Assembly (NCBI GenBank): GCA_021613535.1
Contig: CP075495.1
Span: 11,656,001-11,720,000 of the forward strand
Length of the DNA: 64,000 nt
DNA from: Adineta vaga
Taxonomy: Eukaryota; Animalia; Rotifera
Direction of reading: 5' to 3'
This document shows positions 43,653 through 56,610 of the stretch, one piece after another. A model generated the notes under the pieces. It did no database searches. It had not been told where the DNA came from and saw only the letters and a program-made list of their open reading frames with translations. Position 1 is the first letter of the stretch. Every line of letters begins with the position of its first letter. Position numbers and translations under genes: made by a program.

Positions 43653-44010
43653 AAAGTCTCATATCTTCATTTATCATGTATCTATAATCACGTTTTCTCT
43701 TCGTTACTGTTCATTTCTATATAATTATCAATATTTGTTTGTTTGTTTGTTTTTCTTGTAATTTTCTAACGTTTGTTTTACAATGTATTAGAAAAATGAA
43801 TCATGTGATTGTCAGTTATTTTCCATTATTTCAAAGTAATGTATGAAATAGTTTCAAATATGTTCGTTTGTTAATATGAATAAAAGTGTATTTCGAAAGA
43901 ATTCAATTCGATTTTGATCTTATAGTCTATTGTTTGATAATCATATTTGAACGATAAGTCAAAGTGTTGACTAATTATCTATTAATTTCTTTGCTATTGT
44001 TAGAATGATT

Positions 44011-45428
44011 TTAATCACGACAATAGATCAGTAAACATCGTTTTAATTCTTCATGTTGAGTATTACGTGAAGATAGACAATGTTTTTGATCATCTTAAAC
44101 ATCGGGAAATTTCGTTAGGAAAAGAATCATACGATTAATTGATATACTCACTTTGTTGTGGTCGTTGTTGACTTTTGAATGAGGTGCATTGTTTTACAGT
44201 TAAATCTACAGATAAAAGATGATCTTTGTTTGAACTAGATCTTTTTCGAAATTGTAGACAACGAGTTGAGTTGTTTTTCTTTTTTACTCTACTTCTTTGC
44301 TCATCTATTTTTTCATTAGAAATAATGTTTTTTTCATGTTTTGCACTGGTTTGAATGAGAAGATTCAATGTCACTATGCAAGTTTGTAGTTGATCAATCA
44401 AATCTTGAATATTTTCGTTTGATGTTAGTATCTTTGATTCTTTTTCAAATGCTTTTGACATGCCAATAGCTGGTGATGAGGTATTAAGTGGTACATCAGG
44501 AGCATTTGTCGATGAAAAATGAGGTACTATGGAAGAATTAGTAGTTGATAGATGATTCGGTGACGTATCTACGAATGATCGAGAATCAGTTTGTGAGTCT
44601 TCAAACTAAAATCAATTTAGAATTCTCTCATGCGTCTTTGTCTATACCGATTTTTAAGGTCACATTAGTAATTGCTGGTTTCAATCGATTGTTTTCTGAC
44701 ATAGCATGCAAATCAGTTGATTCTAAAGATCTAGTTGATGAATCACGCAAGAGAGTAACCTTCAAGTTAGTTATGCTCATTTTATTTGACATTTTATTTT
44801 CTAAATATAATTAAGGAAAGAAAATATCAAAACTAGAAATGATATATGCTTTTCATACTATTATTTATAGCTAATGGCGAACTTGAAAGAATTATGTTCA
44901 TTGATTGTTGTGATGATGTCTGCATTTGAGTAAATGGAGCTTCTGAACTCAAGTAAGTGGGAAAGTTTTCATCTACTTGAGATTTATTTTTAACTATTGC
45001 CGGTGAATACATTTTGTTATTCTCTAGAGTACAAATATTTCTTTGAATAACAGCTTTGCTTAAGTATTAGATTAATCTCTGGATTGCATTCTTTTCATAA
45101 ATGAATGAATATTCGAAGTGAGTTTCTAAGCTACTGCTATCGAGAAATATTCTTTAGACTTACGTTTATTATTTCGAAGATTAGTTAGTTTATGTCTACA
45201 TTTGCCCGGGGGAAGTCTTTGTCGAGCAATCATATCCTGACATGATATTTGACGAACAGTAATCATATTTTGATAATGGAAATGATTAGTGACACATTGT
45301 TTATCATTCGTTTTCTTTCGAGTAGATCGCAATCGCTTTGAAGTTTTACGATTATTATTTTCATCATGGATTGATGTAAATCTATTCTGTATAGTTGATG
45401 ATGGTAAATGACAGCATTGTTGAATCAT
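44011..45428 (-). CDS. Uncharacterised low-complexity protein, tentative multi-exon model
   Basis: ORFs 45428-45126 and 44461-44135 can be linked through open segments at about 45024-44859, 44802-44668 and 44606-44151 with GT-AG boundaries. Terminal exon ends TAA at 44011-44013. No homology cue. Confidence 0.45.
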
Positions 45429-47685
45429 GCTAGAAATGCGCAGGTTTATTAGTGGGTCGATTCGATATTGAGTATAGTGTGGTGATAAATTGTTTGTTTG
45501 TATTGGCAGGAATCAATTGTCATAATTCACTTACGATGTAGAAAATGAATTTAAGGAATTTTGATTATTCTATTCGATGGAATTTTTTAGTAGTATTTCA
45601 TTAATCTTAACGAAAATAAATAATGTGTTTTTCTACTTATGTTTTTGAAGATCATAAAGTATTGTTATTCTTTGTTGTTGAATGCAACTTGAAGAAAAAA
45701 GGAAATAATGAGATGAATCATTTCGAACTAATAAAAAATAAAAACGAAACTATGAAAAAAATGAATAAGAAAACTATTTTCTCGAAACAGTCTAATTAGC
45801 TGGCGGCTACGAAACTTTTTCCATAAAATATATGTATTCATTTAAAAACGTTTTCTAATTATATGGATCAGCAAAAACTACTCGACATATAATTAGTCTA
45901 TTTATTGGAAAACATCATCATTTAGGTACTTAGAATACCACTCGAACATCAAATTTGAATTGTTAATCTTATAAAATCCGCTAGAAATCCATCATGTAGT
46001 ACTTATGGCGAAGTTGACTTCAATAGAGTTCATGTGAAGTACAAAAAAGATTGATTTATAACATATGTTATATTGTCTTTTTAGGCTATAAATACAAATC
46101 ATCTGAGATTTAAATATTGCCAATTATATTGATACTTTTCAAAGGTTATTAGTCTCTAAATGGTTGTAGATAATCGAGTTTCAAACATCTTTCTTTATTT
46201 CTTCTCATTTCTCATTAACAAAGAACGAAAGAACGAAAGAAAGAAAGGAAGAAACAAGAGGGAGAAAGGATATCTATTGTCATGTAAGTGACAAGTGAAA
46301 GTGTTACTTGATGACATTTATTTTGACGTCATCGTCTTTTCTAATAGTAATATTTTTTGTTCATTGAAAATATAGATTAAGCAAACTAGATAGTTTTTTT
46401 TCTAGTTATTTGTTTGACCATGAATAGACAAGAGTCTATTATAAACATTCCAAACAGATACAGATGACAGAAGACAAATAACAAGCTCAGTAGACGGAAT
46501 AGCCTTGTATTTATCATTACATAAATAACATATAATACATATTCACTAAATCCAGGACATGAGTCTTGAACCAATCTGTCATTAAAATCCTATTTTCTGA
46601 ACAAACACCTTTGATAATTAGTATCGTCTTATTATCATCTACTATTGACGAAAAGAGAAAAAGAAGTAAAAAATCCCCTTATTTAAAATAATAAATAAAA
46701 TTCTTCTTTTCTTCTCCTATGCTTGTGTTAATTAACACTATTCGATAAACTTCCAGTTTTGTTCATCGAAAACATCATTTTATTTCTAGATTATCCCGTT
46801 GTTTAGAAGACATATAGCTTGCAAAGGATATATACACAATGGTAGATGAACTCAGTGTTGTCATTCATGTAGTTCTCTCACTTACTCTTTTCACATTTGT
46901 TCAGAACTAAGCTATAGGTTTGATAGATCAAACTTTTAAACAAGAGACTATGACAACTAGCAAGTATTGATAGATATTTCAATAATCATAGAGTATGCAC
47001 CCTAGGGAAATAGAGAAAAGGAAAGAAAGAAAAATCATCGAAACCTAGGCGTTATTTTCCAAGCATTCAATGAAAGAACACTGAGTGGTGCCTTCATTTC
47101 TCTTATATTTTTCTCATTCTCTCTATCTTGCCATTACTCATTAGCACGCAATGGATAGTGTCACACAACAAAATAGGTAAAATAAATTATGATCTTCTTC
47201 CAATCAAACATCTAACGCTATAGATATGAATATATAATGATATTTTCGTTTTTAAAACTACGTAATCATCGATATTTTCATACAGATGTTCATTTGTCGA
47301 GAGAAGAATGCATGTCAAACTATTACTTTCGAATAATAAACCTAACAGTTTATCACTCAGTGACAAGAAGTATCCGTAAAAGACACAATAATATACAGTT
47401 GAATGACTACGTAATAGAAAGCAAACATTTAACAAAGGATATCCGTTTTCTATGAGTTTTGCGAATGTTAGTTCACTTTCCAGTAGAAAATATAGTTGTA
47501 ATATTATATCAGATGTCGTTTTTTTTTCAATGAAATTATTACTTGAACAATACATAGGATGATTGAAATAACACGATAAATCTAGAAGAACAACTGTGTT
47601 AAATGAACGTTAATTGATAGACAATAATAAATCAAATTCTGACTACGAGACCAATTTGTTTAGATAGCAAAGTTTGGTTCATTCT

Positions 47686-47690
47686 AGGAG

Positions 47691-47728
<38 letters not shown>

Positions 47729-47736
47729 GAGTCATA
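47686..47736. repeat. (TA)n microsatellite bracketed by a 10-bp direct repeat
   Basis: aggagtcata at 47686-47695 and 47727-47736 flanks an uninterrupted TA run. Confidence 0.8.
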
Positions 47737-49998
47737 ATAAACTTTTGTAGAAATCTTTTATTAGCTATTAGATGAGAAGAATAGTTTCTCGCTACAACTC
47801 ATTCTGAAAAGATCTTCATGAATCAATTCATATAAATATATATATATATATGTGTTTGTATGAAACATAAAATAGTCAAAAATATGATACAAAAAGAAAT
47901 AAAATCGAGAGTATTCATCAAAATTATTAATATATTTTTAAAATAGAACATATATTTCTACTTTAATCTATTCGAGATGTCTATAGAGATTATCTGAATC
48001 TATCTGGTACACTTCCATTTTTTGTTAATTATTAGTTTCGTCACGGATGTAATCATGAAACGATGATCTTTAGTTATAGAGTATCGAGATTCTCAGAATT
48101 ACTACTATCAATAGAGTCGTTGACTTCTTTCAATGACAGGACATATGATGCGAAATAGTTTCAAAAGAATTCTTGTCCGGTCTTCGATTTTATATTTTTA
48201 CAAGATCGAAATGAATATCAAGATATTTATGATAAAAATTAACTATGGTTAAGATAGTTGATTAATATGTAGAATAATTTAATTGATCCATTGAGTTAAA
48301 CTTCGAGAAGATTACTTGAAAATGAGGACAATTACGACACATTAACGCATAGAAATGTAGTTAACATTGACATGATATCAAGGATATTCAAGTGACCTCA
48401 TCAATTATCTGTCATTTCCTACAAAATAACATCAGTTGTTGTTCAATGAGAATGAGTATGCTTAAGACGAGTATATACAGAAAAGAAACGAGAGAGTTAA
48501 AGCAAGGACATATGCATACGCATGACGCGTACGTCTATCTCTTTTTATCTGGTCAACGATAGAAGAATCAGCAATGACAAGCGAGAATAGAAACATGTGT
48601 ACGTCTATAAATGTAGATTATATAGACAGTAAGCATGTATCTCAGTAGTGCACTTTCCGACTGTCTTACTCTCATTTTTTCTCCTAAGGGATTTTTATCA
48701 TCTTTTCTTTTCACACTCTCCTTTTTTTCTGCAATTGAATACAAGAAAGAGAGCATTAAAAATGGTCGCCTCCGGTTTTATTAACAACTCCACGTTCAAT
48801 CTTTGTATATATGTGTGTATGTTTATGATTAAAACAAAAGAAAACGATTAAGACTTGCAAGTTAGTTCTTTCTGAAGAGAAAAAAAAAGAAGTAGAGGAT
48901 AATGACAATTCGTTTGTAATATCCGGTTCATATTGACTAGTTTTTTTCTCAATTGAAGAATATAAAATGAGTAGGTGGTTGGTGACCAAATTCTTTCTAA
49001 TCCGCATTTTTTATCTTCTTTCATGATGATTATTACGTTTATATATTCATATCATAGTCTCCTTTTTTTTGCATTCGTAATGATACTTCCCTATGACTAC
49101 ACTCTGAAATTATATCTTTTCTTACTATAAATGTTTTTTTCACTGTCACTTTGTTTTTCTTTTTTGTTCTTCTTCGCATTGCCTTTTAGTTTATTAGAGT
49201 AAACGAACAGAAGTTTATCGAATAGTTTAATTATAGTGATACGTATATTCAAAGCAAAAGTACTTTATTACTCTTCATGAGAAAACATTTTTGTGACATA
49301 TAGAATACAGGAGTTAAAGTTCAATATGAAGAGTTCATTTGTCTGTTGTTCTTCTATAGATGAATCAGTTGAAATATACCATTACATTACAGTAGAAGAA
49401 AATAATTGATTCCTTTTCTAAATAACAAATTTGAAAGATCATTTTCTGAAACAATTTCTTTTTGAAAGAAAACATTTGTTTGACGTCTATTTAATATGCT
49501 GTCATTAATAATTGAATATAGAATTCCTTCACTACAAGTATCGCATGAATTTTCATAATAGAAATAATTCACAATATTGTTCCAAAGTAAGGAAGAAACT
49601 TCATTTCATGTCATCTAATGAAATTAATTTCTTGCTTGAAAAACTCCGAAAATAAATAGTGTGTAATAATATAATTACATTTAACTCTTGAGAATACAAC
49701 ATCATCCCCTTGACATATTTATATATATATATAAATTTTGCTTTCTTTTCCATTGTTTTTAGCAATAATTGTAGATTAATGATATCCTGTCCTGATTAAT
49801 TACGATACTTTCAAGAAAATTAACGATTCAAATTCTTCTCATGTTTCACCTTGACGTGATATTCTTAGGGGAAACTTAGTAAAGCTCAACGAATCGTAAA
49901 ATTGGCTGAGTTTCATTCTTATATATACGGAAGACTCGGTTGTTAGTGACTTCTTTTTTTAATCATTTATAACTAAACTCGTCGAAAATCGACTAACA

Positions 49999-51872
49999 AT
50001 GCAATATACAGTAATACGTGCGATATTTGTTGCCATTAATGGTTTGATATTTCTTGGATCGATTATACTCAATTTATTGGCTATTGTTTATATTTTATCA
50101 ACACGAGATAAAACAACAATTGCAATGCTTGTGGTTAATCTAGCAATAGCTGATATAATTCATGCAAGTATGTTATTCGATTGAAATATTGTCTCAATTG
50201 GAATCAAAGAAATTAATTTCATTTTTATATTTTATTTTAGTGGGTATTATTTTCTTTAGTAGTAATTTATTTACAAGTAGTTGGATGTTCGGTGAATTCG
50301 GATGCAAATTTAGTTTAACGACTGATGTACTTTGTACTGTGGTAAGTTTTGATAATTGTCGAAGTTTGATTTACATTTGTATAAGATATTTTTTATCTTC
50401 TTATAAAAAACAAGAATGTTTTGAAGGAATTATTTTTCAAAAAACTAAATTGTTCATATTTTAAAAGTTTACAAAGGACTCAGAATAATAATTGTCAATT
50501 ATCATTCTCTATTCAAGATTTGATAATCTACTGAGTATTAATTATGTAGAATAGATTCGGATTAAAGTGGTTGTCTCTGGGGACGCTTTACTATTCTTTT
50601 CGAAAAAAGAATTTGAATACTATCTGCATGTATCACTCTAATTTTTCAGAAATATCTACTCTTATTTTTTTTAAATAGAAACAAACTTACAAAGAGTAAC
50701 TAAGTACAAGTCTATATAAGATAATGAATAATTTTTCTAAATTATCCACAGATCATAGATTTCATGTTAGAAAATCTTACTTTTTGCTTCTGATTATACT
50801 ATTGACATATTCATTAATTTAATGTCTTTTTCTTATAACTAAATTAAGAACATAATGTTTCAGAGGAAGACTGAAAAAAAAGCCATTAACAGTTAATAGA
50901 GGAAAATATTTGACGGCACGCAAAAGATGCCAAGGATCAAAGATTAAAAAATGTCGTAGTCATTAAAAATAATCATCAAAAAACAAGAAAATACTTTTCG
51001 TTTTTGTTCATATCTATTTTTAGGTTATTGTTTATACAGTTGCAGCTTTAAGTATCGAACGTTATATCGATGCTCGTTCAACATTAACAGCAAAATTTCG
51101 TACTTTGATTACATTTGGTTCATTAGTATTTATTTGGACACTTGGATTATTAGTACCGTATCCGTTTTTTTTCTATACATATCTTATTGATACAAATAAT
51201 TCATCAGCTTATAATAATAGTTGGAAAAATTCCACAGCAATGTATTCATGTCAATCACATTTAGATGAAACAGCATTATTTGTTCATGAAATCATTCTGT
51301 ATGTCATTGCATTTATTATTCCCTATTCAATTATTGTCATATTCTCATTGAAATTATTAAAATTTTTACGTGATTGGTTGAAACGTAAAGAAAAATTGAC
51401 ACGTACAAGTGTATCAAGAAAACGAACACGTGGTGTTAAACTTGTTCTTTGTATTGTTTTATCATTTCTTATATGTTATACACCATTTTGGGCATTTAAA
51501 TTTTATACACGTACTATTTCACATGAAAATATTGTTCGACAACCAGGTTTACAACGAATTCTATCTTATTTACATCTACTTGTTGTTCTATTAAATCATT
51601 TCGAAGGTGTTCTTAATCCATTATTTTTCATTGTTTTAACTGAACGATTTTGTTTAACATTTTCAAAACATCGAGAAAGACGTTCACGATTATTTGGAGC
51701 ACCATCATCCGCAATTATATTAGCTGGAGGAAGAAAATCAATGAAAACAGCAACAACAACATCAACAACAATTGCCAAGAATACAGAAACAAAGAGCTTA
51801 TTAACATTCAATAATAATAATATGCATTTCGACACGAAAGATAAAATACCTGTCATTGTTCAATCTTTGTAA
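49999..51872 (+). CDS. Class A (rhodopsin-like) peptide GPCR, 3 exons
   Basis: TM2 NLAIAD, ECL1 WMFGEFGCK, TM3 end LSIERY, TM5 FIIP, TM6 SFLICYTPFW, TM7 LNPLFF. Introns about 50168-50220/50240 and 50342-51023. Confidence 0.92.
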
Positions 51873-52629
51873 TTGTTTTCTTTTTTTTTCTTTTCATATC
51901 ACAGAATAAATAAGTGTGTCACTGATGCGATTTATTCATTAATCCAATGAAAAATATATGTATATATTTTCCTATTGTATTCATATTTTAGTTGATACGA
52001 ATAGAACGTGTCTTTTTCATTGTTAATAAAATCGTTCTTTATCTATCGAATGAAATAAATCTTAAGATTGTTGAAATCTCGATCATATTCTTTGACTAAT
52101 AAGAGATGTAATAAGTTTATTGTAAGATATTCGAATGTTTTCTCATGATTTTTTAGTAATAATATGACACTTAATAAATGTTTGTGTAAATATTGATCAA
52201 GGAAAAGATATTATAAGCTCTAGTGTCACGACGTGATAAAAGACAAACTCTTTTCTTTTTTCGTCTCCTCGACTATGACTCATAAGAATATTGTTTATTT
52301 TGTTGCTAGTTGAATTTCGTTGGGTTTTCTATTTGTCGTCTATGAAAGAGAAAAAAGACTATTACGATTATTTTGAAGTATGATTCGAGTCGTTAAAAAA
52401 CGAAATATCATGCATAGTTTTGTCTACTCTTTATGCTACTTACACGAAGAAATATAATCTCGTCAAATAAAGAAATTTTCGTTCTATAAAATGCAACAAG
52501 TGAAAGCTGTTTTTATACGTCATTTCTTTTTCTACATTTTATTTCTTCTCTTCCTTCTTTTCTATTTTTCTTTACTATTCATTCTGAAAGAAAGATTTCT
52601 TATTGAAAATTGAAAACGAATCATTTCAA

Positions 52630-54426
52630 ATGGGAAATACTCCGTCAGGAAAACGTAAACCCTCTACAAGTTGGCTTGAAGCTGTTGATAAATCATTCGT
52701 TTTCGTTTGGTGTGATGCATCTGTTGGTACACAAAATTATGTGGATGATGCGAATAATACGTTAAAAAATATAGCCAATGTTGTTAATAAAAATCGTCAA
52801 ATTGTACATACATTTAATGAAATCAAAGCTTGTCAAGAGTTTATCATGCAAGTTAATAATGTATGTCTAATTATTTCTGGTGCCTATGGTATAGATTTAG
52901 TTCCACAAATTCATAATCTCGAACAAATTCATTCAATTTATATATTCTGTATGCATAAAGCCAAACATGAATTATGGGCATCACATTATCGAAAAGTTCG
53001 TGGTGTATTTACTAATATTAACGATATATGTATTTCATTAAAAACTTATGTCATATCACGAGCAATTATTGATTTTGATCGAATTGAATTCGATATTATT
53101 ACTGCAGAAAATAATTTAAGTTTAAATTATTCCATATTAACAAAATTATTTCTCTTAGATATGGATTCACATGATCATGGTAAACAAGATATGATAAATT
53201 ATTGTCGAAGTGAATATAAATCCGATTCTCAAACACAATTAATCAAAGATTTTGAACGCAACTATTCACAATTCAATCCGATATGGTGGTATACAAAAAA
53301 TTATTTTTTTCAAGGTATTATTAATCGAGCATTACGTAGACGTGATCTGTATGCATTATGTTCAATGTATCGATTTATAAAAGATCTTGATATCGTTCTT
53401 TCACAATTACATTATGAACAAAAACTAACAAATCAAACATTAAATCTTTATTTTGGTCAGATTTTATCTCAAAATGATTTTGATTGTATGATAAATTCCA
53501 ATGGGAAATTGATGTGTATTAATCAATTTATACTTGCTAATCCTCAACAAGCTATTGCAACTATGTTCATGAAACAAGAAAACTTACAACAAGGTAAAGT
53601 TCGAATTATTTTTCAAATTCATATTGATCAAACTGCATCACCCATTGCTCCCTATGCAAATATTGGTTCAATAAGTGATTTTGTTCATGAAGAAGAACAT
53701 CTTATATCAATGTCAAGTATTTATCGTATCGGTAAAATTGAACAAGTTTTAGATATGTCATCAGCATGGTTAATACATTTAACATTAATCAATAAAGATG
53801 ACATTCAATATTTACAATTAACACAAAATCTTCCCATTGAAAAATATGAAGATTTAAATCTAATTGATATAGGTTATACAATTAAAGATCGATTATATTT
53901 ATTTAAATCAGCTAATACATTATTTAAACAAGCTCTAAATACTCATAATCATAAAAATGAATTACGTACGATTATTTTACATTATAATTTAGCGATTATT
54001 TATGATGTATTTGGTGAATATGACAAATCACTTGAACAATATCGAAATGCTATAACATTAGCAAGAGATTACATTCCAAATTGTCGACAAAATGATGATT
54101 TATGTTTAATACCATTATATTCAAATATGGGATTAACTTATCAACAAGATAGTAAATTTAATTATGCTTTTGATCATGCTTATCGTGCATTACAAATAAT
54201 ATCAAAAATCGAATTGAATTCAACATTAAAAAAAGAACTTGAGTCTTCATGTTACTGTAATCTTGGAATAATACATGATCGACAAGGTAAAACATCTGAT
54301 GCACGAGTGTTCTATGAACAAGGATTAAAAATTCGACAAGAATATTTACCAGCAGAACATGCAGATATTGCTGCATTACAAAGAGTTATTGCTGTACTTT
54401 CAAAGAGATCAATTGATTCGGATTGA
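52630..54426 (+). CDS. Intronless receiver-like + degenerate ADP-ribosyltransferase-fold + TPR protein
   Basis: ATG 52630 gives MGNTPS. N-terminal alpha/beta block (FVWCD...LIISGAYG...IHSIYIFC...KVRGVFT), central ART-like block (IWWYTK...INRALR...LYFGQ...IFQIHID...EEEHLISMSSIYRI) and C-terminal TPRs (HYNLAIIY, YSNMGLTY, YCNLGIIH). Confidence 0.82.
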   Translation: MGNTPSGKRKPSTSWLEAVDKSFVFVWCDASVGTQNYVDDANNTLKNIANVVNKNRQIVHTFNEIKACQEFIMQVNNVCLIISGAYGIDLVPQIHNLEQIHSIYIFCMHKAKHELWASHYRKVRGVFTNINDICISLKTYVISRAIIDFDRIEFDIITAENNLSLNYSILTKLFLLDMDSHDHGKQDMINYCRSEYKSDSQTQLIKDFERNYSQFNPIWWYTKNYFFQGIINRALRRRDLYALCSMYRFIKDLDIVLSQLHYEQKLTNQTLNLYFGQILSQNDFDCMINSNGKLMCINQFILANPQQAIATMFMKQENLQQGKVRIIFQIHIDQTASPIAPYANIGSISDFVHEEEHLISMSSIYRIGKIEQVLDMSSAWLIHLTLINKDDIQYLQLTQNLPIEKYEDLNLIDIGYTIKDRLYLFKSANTLFKQALNTHNHKNELRTIILHYNLAIIYDVFGEYDKSLEQYRNAITLARDYIPNCRQNDDLCLIPLYSNMGLTYQQDSKFNYAFDHAYRALQIISKIELNSTLKKELESSCYCNLGIIHDRQGKTSDARVFYEQGLKIRQEYLPAEHADIAALQRVIAVLSKRSIDSD

Positions 54427-55025
54427 ATACACACTGATAAATGTTAAAATTCATTTAGAAATAATGAAAACTGTTCGATTTTGTTTTATTTTAGTAATTA
54501 ATAAATATATCTAAGACTTCAAAATTTTTGTCGATAATTGTCATATTGAAAAGTAGAAGTAAACTTCAAGTCAACCATCCATTAAAAGATGTCTAATGAA
54601 ATCTGATCCATTTGCAAAGTATAAATCGTTTTCTTAGTTCAATTTTATTCAATAATGTTATACTGATGTCATTTGTTTTGAATAATCAATCTATTTGATA
54701 TCCGTAAAACACCCACACAGATTTAAAGTAATGTTATAGTGATGCAAACGAGAAATTTGAGGAGGAAGATAAAAGACATTCGATACAGAATATAATTAAC
54801 TTTTCAGATTAACAAATAGATACGACAGGTTATTATGAAAGGACATTTCTGGAAGAAAAGAGTAGAACAATGAACTAATTTCCCAGAACAACATTGACAA
54901 AAAAGGAACCAAATTTCCAATTTATTTGATTTTTATTTATATCAAACTATTATTCGATCATAAGATAAATGCTCCTTTTTTGTTTCATTTATAATAGAAA
55001 TAAGAAAAGAAAAATCGATCAAATC

Positions 55026-55506
55026 CTATCCAAATCGTAGAAATTCTCCTTTTCGACCAAAACGAAGAAATGATCCTCCATCAGACATTCGACGACCAGA
55101 TCGACGAAAAGTTGGATTTGAACGACCAAATCGAAGAAATGTTGGATTGGAACGACCAAATCGAAGAAATGTTGGATTGGAACGACCAAAACGAAGAAAT
55201 CCTGCTGATGAAGATAGTTGTCGACCGAATCTTAGAAATGCTGTCGAACGACGATCATAATCGTTTGTTTCAACACTTTCGCTATTGCTATTGGAAGTTT
55301 CATCATTATTATAAATTGATTGTAGTTGAGGTGAAAGATGTAATCGTTCATTGTCGGTAACTTCGGAGAAAACTATTTTTAAAAAATAAATGAAGAAATA
55401 GAGCAAAATAAAAAGAAAAGAATACAATTAGAATCCACATACCACTCGATGCTTGTGTTACCAATTGTATGCAAATGAGTGCTGAGAGGATAGTAAATAA
55501 ATACAT
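55026..55506 (-). CDS. FMRFamide-related (FLRFamide) neuropeptide precursor, 2 exons
   Basis: Signal peptide [21 protein letters not shown] (exon 55506-55443), intron 55442-55373, acidic spacer, then six FLRF-G units with basic cleavage sites (the last ends at the stop codon). Confidence 0.95.
55091..55200 (-). repeat. 30-bp coding tandem repeat within the neuropeptide precursor
   Basis: aacgaccaaatcgaagaaatgttggattgg is identical at 55121-55150 and 55151-55180, with a diverged copy at 55091-55120 and a partial copy at 55181-55200. Confidence 0.92.
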
Positions 55507-56610
55507 TAAAGTTAAAGGTTTGATGAAAAAAGGATATCTAAATAAAATCAAAAAAGTTATTATAACTTTCCCTGGTCTTTTTATAGATGATGTAAATCAA
55601 ATATTTATGAAAATATAAGTATAGTAGTTATCATTACAGGTCGTTTTTCTTGCTATAAACTGAATTAATAATTCAGTCTAGTCATCAAAATAGTTACTTA
55701 CTTGGTTAACTAATCATCAGAGCAAAATATATTTTCAGTTTTTAATTTGATTAATTATCAATGAAGACAATTATCTTGGGATTGATTAGTAATACACTTT
55801 TCCTACCACAAAAATGAATATCTTTTTATCATGGTAGAAATAATCTCTGATGTCGACTGATTGCGAAATGTTCCTGAAATATATATTCCTAAGAAGAAAA
55901 AAAATTCTAATACTTCGGTACAATGAGCACGCGTCTTTCGGTTACTAGAATGTCTTTTTAAATTACATACTTCAATTACATTGATATATTTATCTACCCA
56001 CGGAAAAGAAAATCGGCGATTAATTGTTATTCTCTTTCTCGGTTACTTACATACACCTACATGCTTACGTTAGATTCTATTGTTCATGAAAAGTCTCTCT
56101 TTATATAGATATATCAATCAAAGTGCATTTACTTGTCTTTTCCTTTCTAAATAGGAAAAAAAACTCAATCGATAATTAAATATCTCATAATGATGGAATG
56201 AATATAGACCCTTTCCTTCCTTCGAAATTCTATCTGTTTTTTATCTTATTGCATGTTTTTTTCTTCTTTATTCAATACTAATAATGATTCTAATTTTATA
56301 ATTCACTGTCTGGAATATATCCGTTTTATATCTATAGACATAGAAATCAAGAACAAAAGCAGAGAAACATCCCGACGATGTTCTATTACTATTGACGTAC
56401 CTTTGTTACTGACTATGCCAACATCAGAACTAAATATATGTGTATATGGAAAGAAAGAGGAAAAGAATAAGGCCCACTTCTCAGGTTTGATGATAAGATG
56501 TTGAAATAGTACGTACTTGGACTGTGTTGAACGATAGGAACTATCTTCTTATATATTATATTTATTCATAGAAAAAGAAAGAGATAAAAAAAACAATAGA
56601 TCTGATAGTG

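Noticed and set aside
45500-49990. Short ORFs upstream of the GPCR
   Set aside because: AT-rich, low-complexity translations with no motifs; treated as non-coding.
55070-55360. Plus-strand ORF with repeated [10 protein letters not shown], and a superficial CRISPR-like periodicity
   Set aside because: It is the antisense shadow of the 30-bp FLRFamide coding repeat; there are no unique spacers and the context is eukaryotic.
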